Source: Geotalea uraniireducens Rf4 | Lineage (GTDB): Bacteria > Desulfobacterota > Desulfuromonadia > Geobacterales > Geobacteraceae | Direction: 5' to 3' | DNA: 32,000 nt | Assembly: GCF_000016745.1 (NCBI RefSeq) | Contig: NC_009483.1 | Coordinates: 3,270,001 to 3,302,000 of the forward strand | In this document: one piece after another, positions 31,516 through 32,000 of the stretch | How the letters are laid out: every line of letters begins with the position of its first letter | Position numbering within the stretch: the stretch's first letter is position 1 | Translations under genes and position numbers: made by a program | The notes under the pieces: generated by a model | Seen by the model: only the letters and a program-made list of their open reading frames with translations | Told to the model about the DNA's origin: nothing | Database searches by the model: none

Positions 31516-32000
31516 TTATCTGCGCCCTTCCATGAAGACTTTCATCGCCTCCTGGAAATGAGCTGCGGATATTTTCAACGTCTTGGGATCGTCTGCGCCT
31601 TTCTCGACGAACTCGCAGATTGCAATAATGGTAGCTTTTCTGCACAGGAACTCTATATCGGCGCCGACCAGTCCTTCCGTTTCAGCGGCAATGGACTTCA
31701 GATCAACGTCCTTGAGAAGCGGTTTGCCTCTCGTATGAACCTTGAATATCTCCAGGCGGGCATCTTCGCCGGGAGGCGGGATCTCGACGAGGATATCGAT
31801 GCGCCCCGGCCTCAGGAGAGCCGGGTCTATGATATCCTTTCTGTTGGTGGCGCCGAGGATGAAGACCCCCTTCAGCTCTTCGGTCCCGTCTATCTCGGTC
31901 AGGAGCTGGCTTATGACCCGCTCCGACACATGGGAATCTCCGCCCCCTCCCCTTGCAGGAGCAATTGCGTCCATCTCGTCGAAAAAGAGTATGCAGGGGG
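31516..32000 (-). CDS. AAA+ ATPase, CDC48/VCP-like subfamily (C-terminal part; gene continues beyond the window end)
   Basis: The Walker B region ILFFDEMDAIAP runs to the window edge. Sensor-1 is GATNR, the second region of homology/arginine finger is DPALLRPGRID, and a helical lid follows (GADIEFLCRKA). Confidence 0.85.
   Translation of the reverse strand, partial: PCILFFDEMDAIAPARGGGGDSHVSERVISQLLTEIDGTEELKGVFILGATNRKDIIDPALLRPGRIDILVEIPPPGEDARLEIFKVHTRGKPLLKDVDLKSIAAETEGLVGADIEFLCRKATIIAICEFVEKGADDPKTLKISAAHFQEAMKVFMEGRR

Noticed and set aside
31445-31645. 66-aa minus-strand ORF
   Set aside because: It overlaps the 3' end of the AAA ATPase gene in another frame and runs into the palindromic element. 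It is not credible as a gene.

Overview
The window looks like a chromosomal segment from a Geobacter/Desulfuromonas-like deltaproteobacterium (Desulfobacterota). That placement is an inference from gene content: a c7-type dodecaheme cytochrome, the nadC-birA-coaX arrangement, and sigma54/NtrC-type regulation. Positions 1-16.9 kb carry housekeeping and envelope genes. These are a PHP phosphoesterase, a cytidylate-kinase-like/BON protein, MgtC, an operon of SPOR protein, helical-repeat protein and MglA-like GTPase, an EF-G paralog, coaX, birA, nadC, a HAMP-GGDEF-like protein, lipoproteins, a 12-heme cytochrome and an AMIN-domain protein. Positions 16.9-31.2 kb, all on the minus strand, hold a gas-vesicle (gvp) island. 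In transcription order it reads: histidine kinase, NtrC-type regulator, gvpA, two coiled-coil proteins, gvpN, a small basic protein, gvpF/L, hsp20, gvpF/L fused to a J domain, gvpG, gvpO, a tandem ArsA/Get3-like ATPase, gvpJ with a zinc ribbon, gvpK, gvpF/L, gvpJ/M and a lidless Hsp70. The most interesting signal is that this gvp cluster carries its own chaperone and targeting set: Hsp70, a J domain covalently fused to a GvpF/L protein, a small heat-shock protein, and a Get3-like pseudo-dimer with a CxxC in each half. Other notable items are listed here. A 78-bp intergenic module occurs twice with perfect identity, and one copy is split by a 221-bp MITE with 22-bp terminal inverted repeats and a 7-bp target duplication. 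There are two further long palindromic elements. A 10-copy heptanucleotide array lies between birA and coaX. An MglA paralog has its catalytic residues replaced. All functional calls come from reading motifs by eye; no database search was possible.
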